In this document: positions 62,933 to 64,000 of the stretch, piece after piece | Position numbering within the stretch: the stretch's first letter is position 1 | How the letters are laid out: every line of letters starts with the position of its first letter | Assembly (NCBI GenBank): GCA_035695825.1 | Contig: DASRRH010000009.1 | Span: 23,044-87,043 of the forward strand | Direction of reading: 5' to 3' | Source: Planctomycetota bacterium | Lineage (GTDB): Bacteria; Planctomycetota; UBA1135; JAKEFM01 | DNA length: 64,000 bases | The notes under the pieces: model-generated | Databases searched by the model: none | Told to the model about the DNA's origin: nothing | The model's input: only the letters and a program-made list of their open reading frames with translations | Program-made: the position numbers and the translations under genes

Positions 62933-64000
62933 TCAACCGAGGAGGGGCGCGAGCCGGTCGACGACCGCCTCGCCGATCGAGAGGGAGGAGGTCGCGGCGG
63001 GGGAGGGGGCGTTCAGGACGTGGACGACGCTCCCGTGCGTTTCGAGGAGGAAGTCGTCGACGAGGGAGCCGTCGGGGGAGAGGGCCTGGGCGCGCACCCC
63101 CGCCGGCGCGGGGAGGAGGTCTTCGCGGCGCACGTCGGGGACGAGGCGGGCGAGCGCCCGCGCGAAGGCCCGCCGCGAGAGAGAGCGCCACATCTCGGCG
63201 GTTCCCGTGCGCCAGTACGCCGCCGCGAGCCTCCAGAACCCGCGGTAGGAGAGGACGTCCCAGAGGTCCGCGGGGCGGACCGTCCACTTCCGGTACCCCT
63301 CGCGCGCGAAGGCGAGGACCGCGTTCGGGCCGCACTCGACCCTCCCCCCGATCGTCCGCGTGAAGTGGACGCCGAGGAACGGGAAGGTGGGGTCGGGGAC
63401 GGGGTAGATCAGGTTCCGGACGAGGCGGCGCGCCGGCGGCGCGAGCTCGAAGTACTCGCCGCGGAACGGGACGATCCGGACGGGACGGCGTCCGCCCCCC
63501 CTCGCGAACACGCGATCGGCGTGGAGGCCCGCGCAGTTGGCGACGGCGCGGCCGCGCGCTTCCCCCTTCGTCGTCTCGACGAGCGTGGTTCCGGCCTCGC
63601 TCCGCAGCGCCGTCGCCCGCGCGCCCGTCAGGACCTCTCCCCCGCGCTCGGCCACGATCCGCGCGAGCCGGGAGGCGACGAGCCCGAAGTCGACGATTCC
63701 GGTCTCTCTCACGTGGATCGCGGCGATCCCCGCGGCGTGCGGCTCGAGCTCGCGCAGGCGCCCGGGCCCGATCCTCTCGCCGTCGACCCCGTTCGCGACG
63801 GCTCGCTCGTGGAGGCGATCGAGCCGGGTCCTCTCCGCCTCGTCGAGCGCGACGATCACCTTGCCGCAGGTCTCGAAGGGGATCCCCTCTCCCCGGCAGA
63901 ACGCCTCGAGCATCCGCTTCCCGCGCCGGCAGTTCGCCGCCTTGAGGGAGCCCGGCTTGTAGTAGATCCCGGAGTGGATGACGCCCGAGTTGTGGCCGGT
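62933..64000 (-). CDS. lhgO: L-2-hydroxyglutarate oxidase-like FAD-dependent oxidoreductase (5' end beyond the window)
   Basis: ...TGHNSGVIHSGIYYKPGSLKA at the window edge, then RIVPFRGEYFEL, IYPVPDPTFPFLGVHFT, VHVLNAPSPAATSSL. The reading frame runs off the right end. Confidence 0.85.
   Translation of the reverse strand, partial: TGHNSGVIHSGIYYKPGSLKAANCRRGKRMLEAFCRGEGIPFETCGKVIVALDEAERTRLDRLHERAVANGVDGERIGPGRLRELEPHAAGIAAIHVRETGIVDFGLVASRLARIVAERGGEVLTGARATALRSEAGTTLVETTKGEARGRAVANCAGLHADRVFARGGGRRPVRIVPFRGEYFELAPPARRLVRNLIYPVPDPTFPFLGVHFTRTIGGRVECGPNAVLAFAREGYRKWTVRPADLWDVLSYRGFWRLAAAYWRTGTAEMWRSLSRRAFARALARLVPDVRREDLLPAPAGVRAQALSPDGSLVDDFLLETHGSVVHVLNAPSPAATSSLSIGEAVVDRLAPLLG

Noticed and set aside
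1-64000. CRISPR arrays, rRNA operons, IS transposases, integrases and phage structural genes.
   Set aside because: I found no regularly spaced direct repeats, no rRNA-like conserved stretches, and no DDE/tyrosine/serine recombinase signatures in any credible frame.

Overview
Gene-dense, very GC-rich (by eye about 70%) bacterial chromosomal segment, probably from an uncultivated high-GC lineage. Stop codons are rare, so most long ORFs in the track are antisense or shadow frames (R/P/G/E-rich). I kept about 47 CDS that have recognisable motifs, signal peptides, an RBS or coupled starts. I saw no rRNA, no intact tRNA, no CRISPR array and no transposase, integrase or recombinase.

Left to right:
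- a secreted protease trio (two tandem-retropepsin proteins and an M28 peptidase);
- a decayed XRE/ImmA-like switch;
- small stress/detox-type proteins (MOSC, DUF427, DUF1579, DUF4287/DUF5655, PhnB/VOC-like) and a GT2 glycosyltransferase;
- large FG-GAP and carboxypeptidase-regulatory-like repeat surface proteins;
- a mazEF-type toxin-antitoxin pair bracketed by inverted copies of a 153-bp TIR repeat;
- the conserved RDD / SpoIIM-like / DUF58 / MoxR / DUF4350 / DUF4129 / membrane-protein neighbourhood;
- a six-gene block (27.2-38.5 kb) of secreted beta-helix, beta-propeller-dihaem, LamG-IPT and FG-GAP proteins that all end in the same unassigned 110-130-aa C-terminal module (ten copies in the window);
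- a duplicated NYN-RNase/repeat unit bracketing a ~15-kb segment;
- HEAT-repeat, acyltransferase, GH29 fucosidase-PA14 and prenyltransferase-like/discoidin proteins, and a truncated L-2-hydroxyglutarate oxidase at the right edge.

The ~15-kb bracketed segment holds a tRNA-like relic and the most unusual locus. That locus is a cytoplasmic caspase-family (C14) protease, followed by a 1136-aa fusion of Zn-phospholipase-C-like, clostripain (C11) and LCAT-type lipase domains, and then an orphan 1039-aa polytopic membrane protein.
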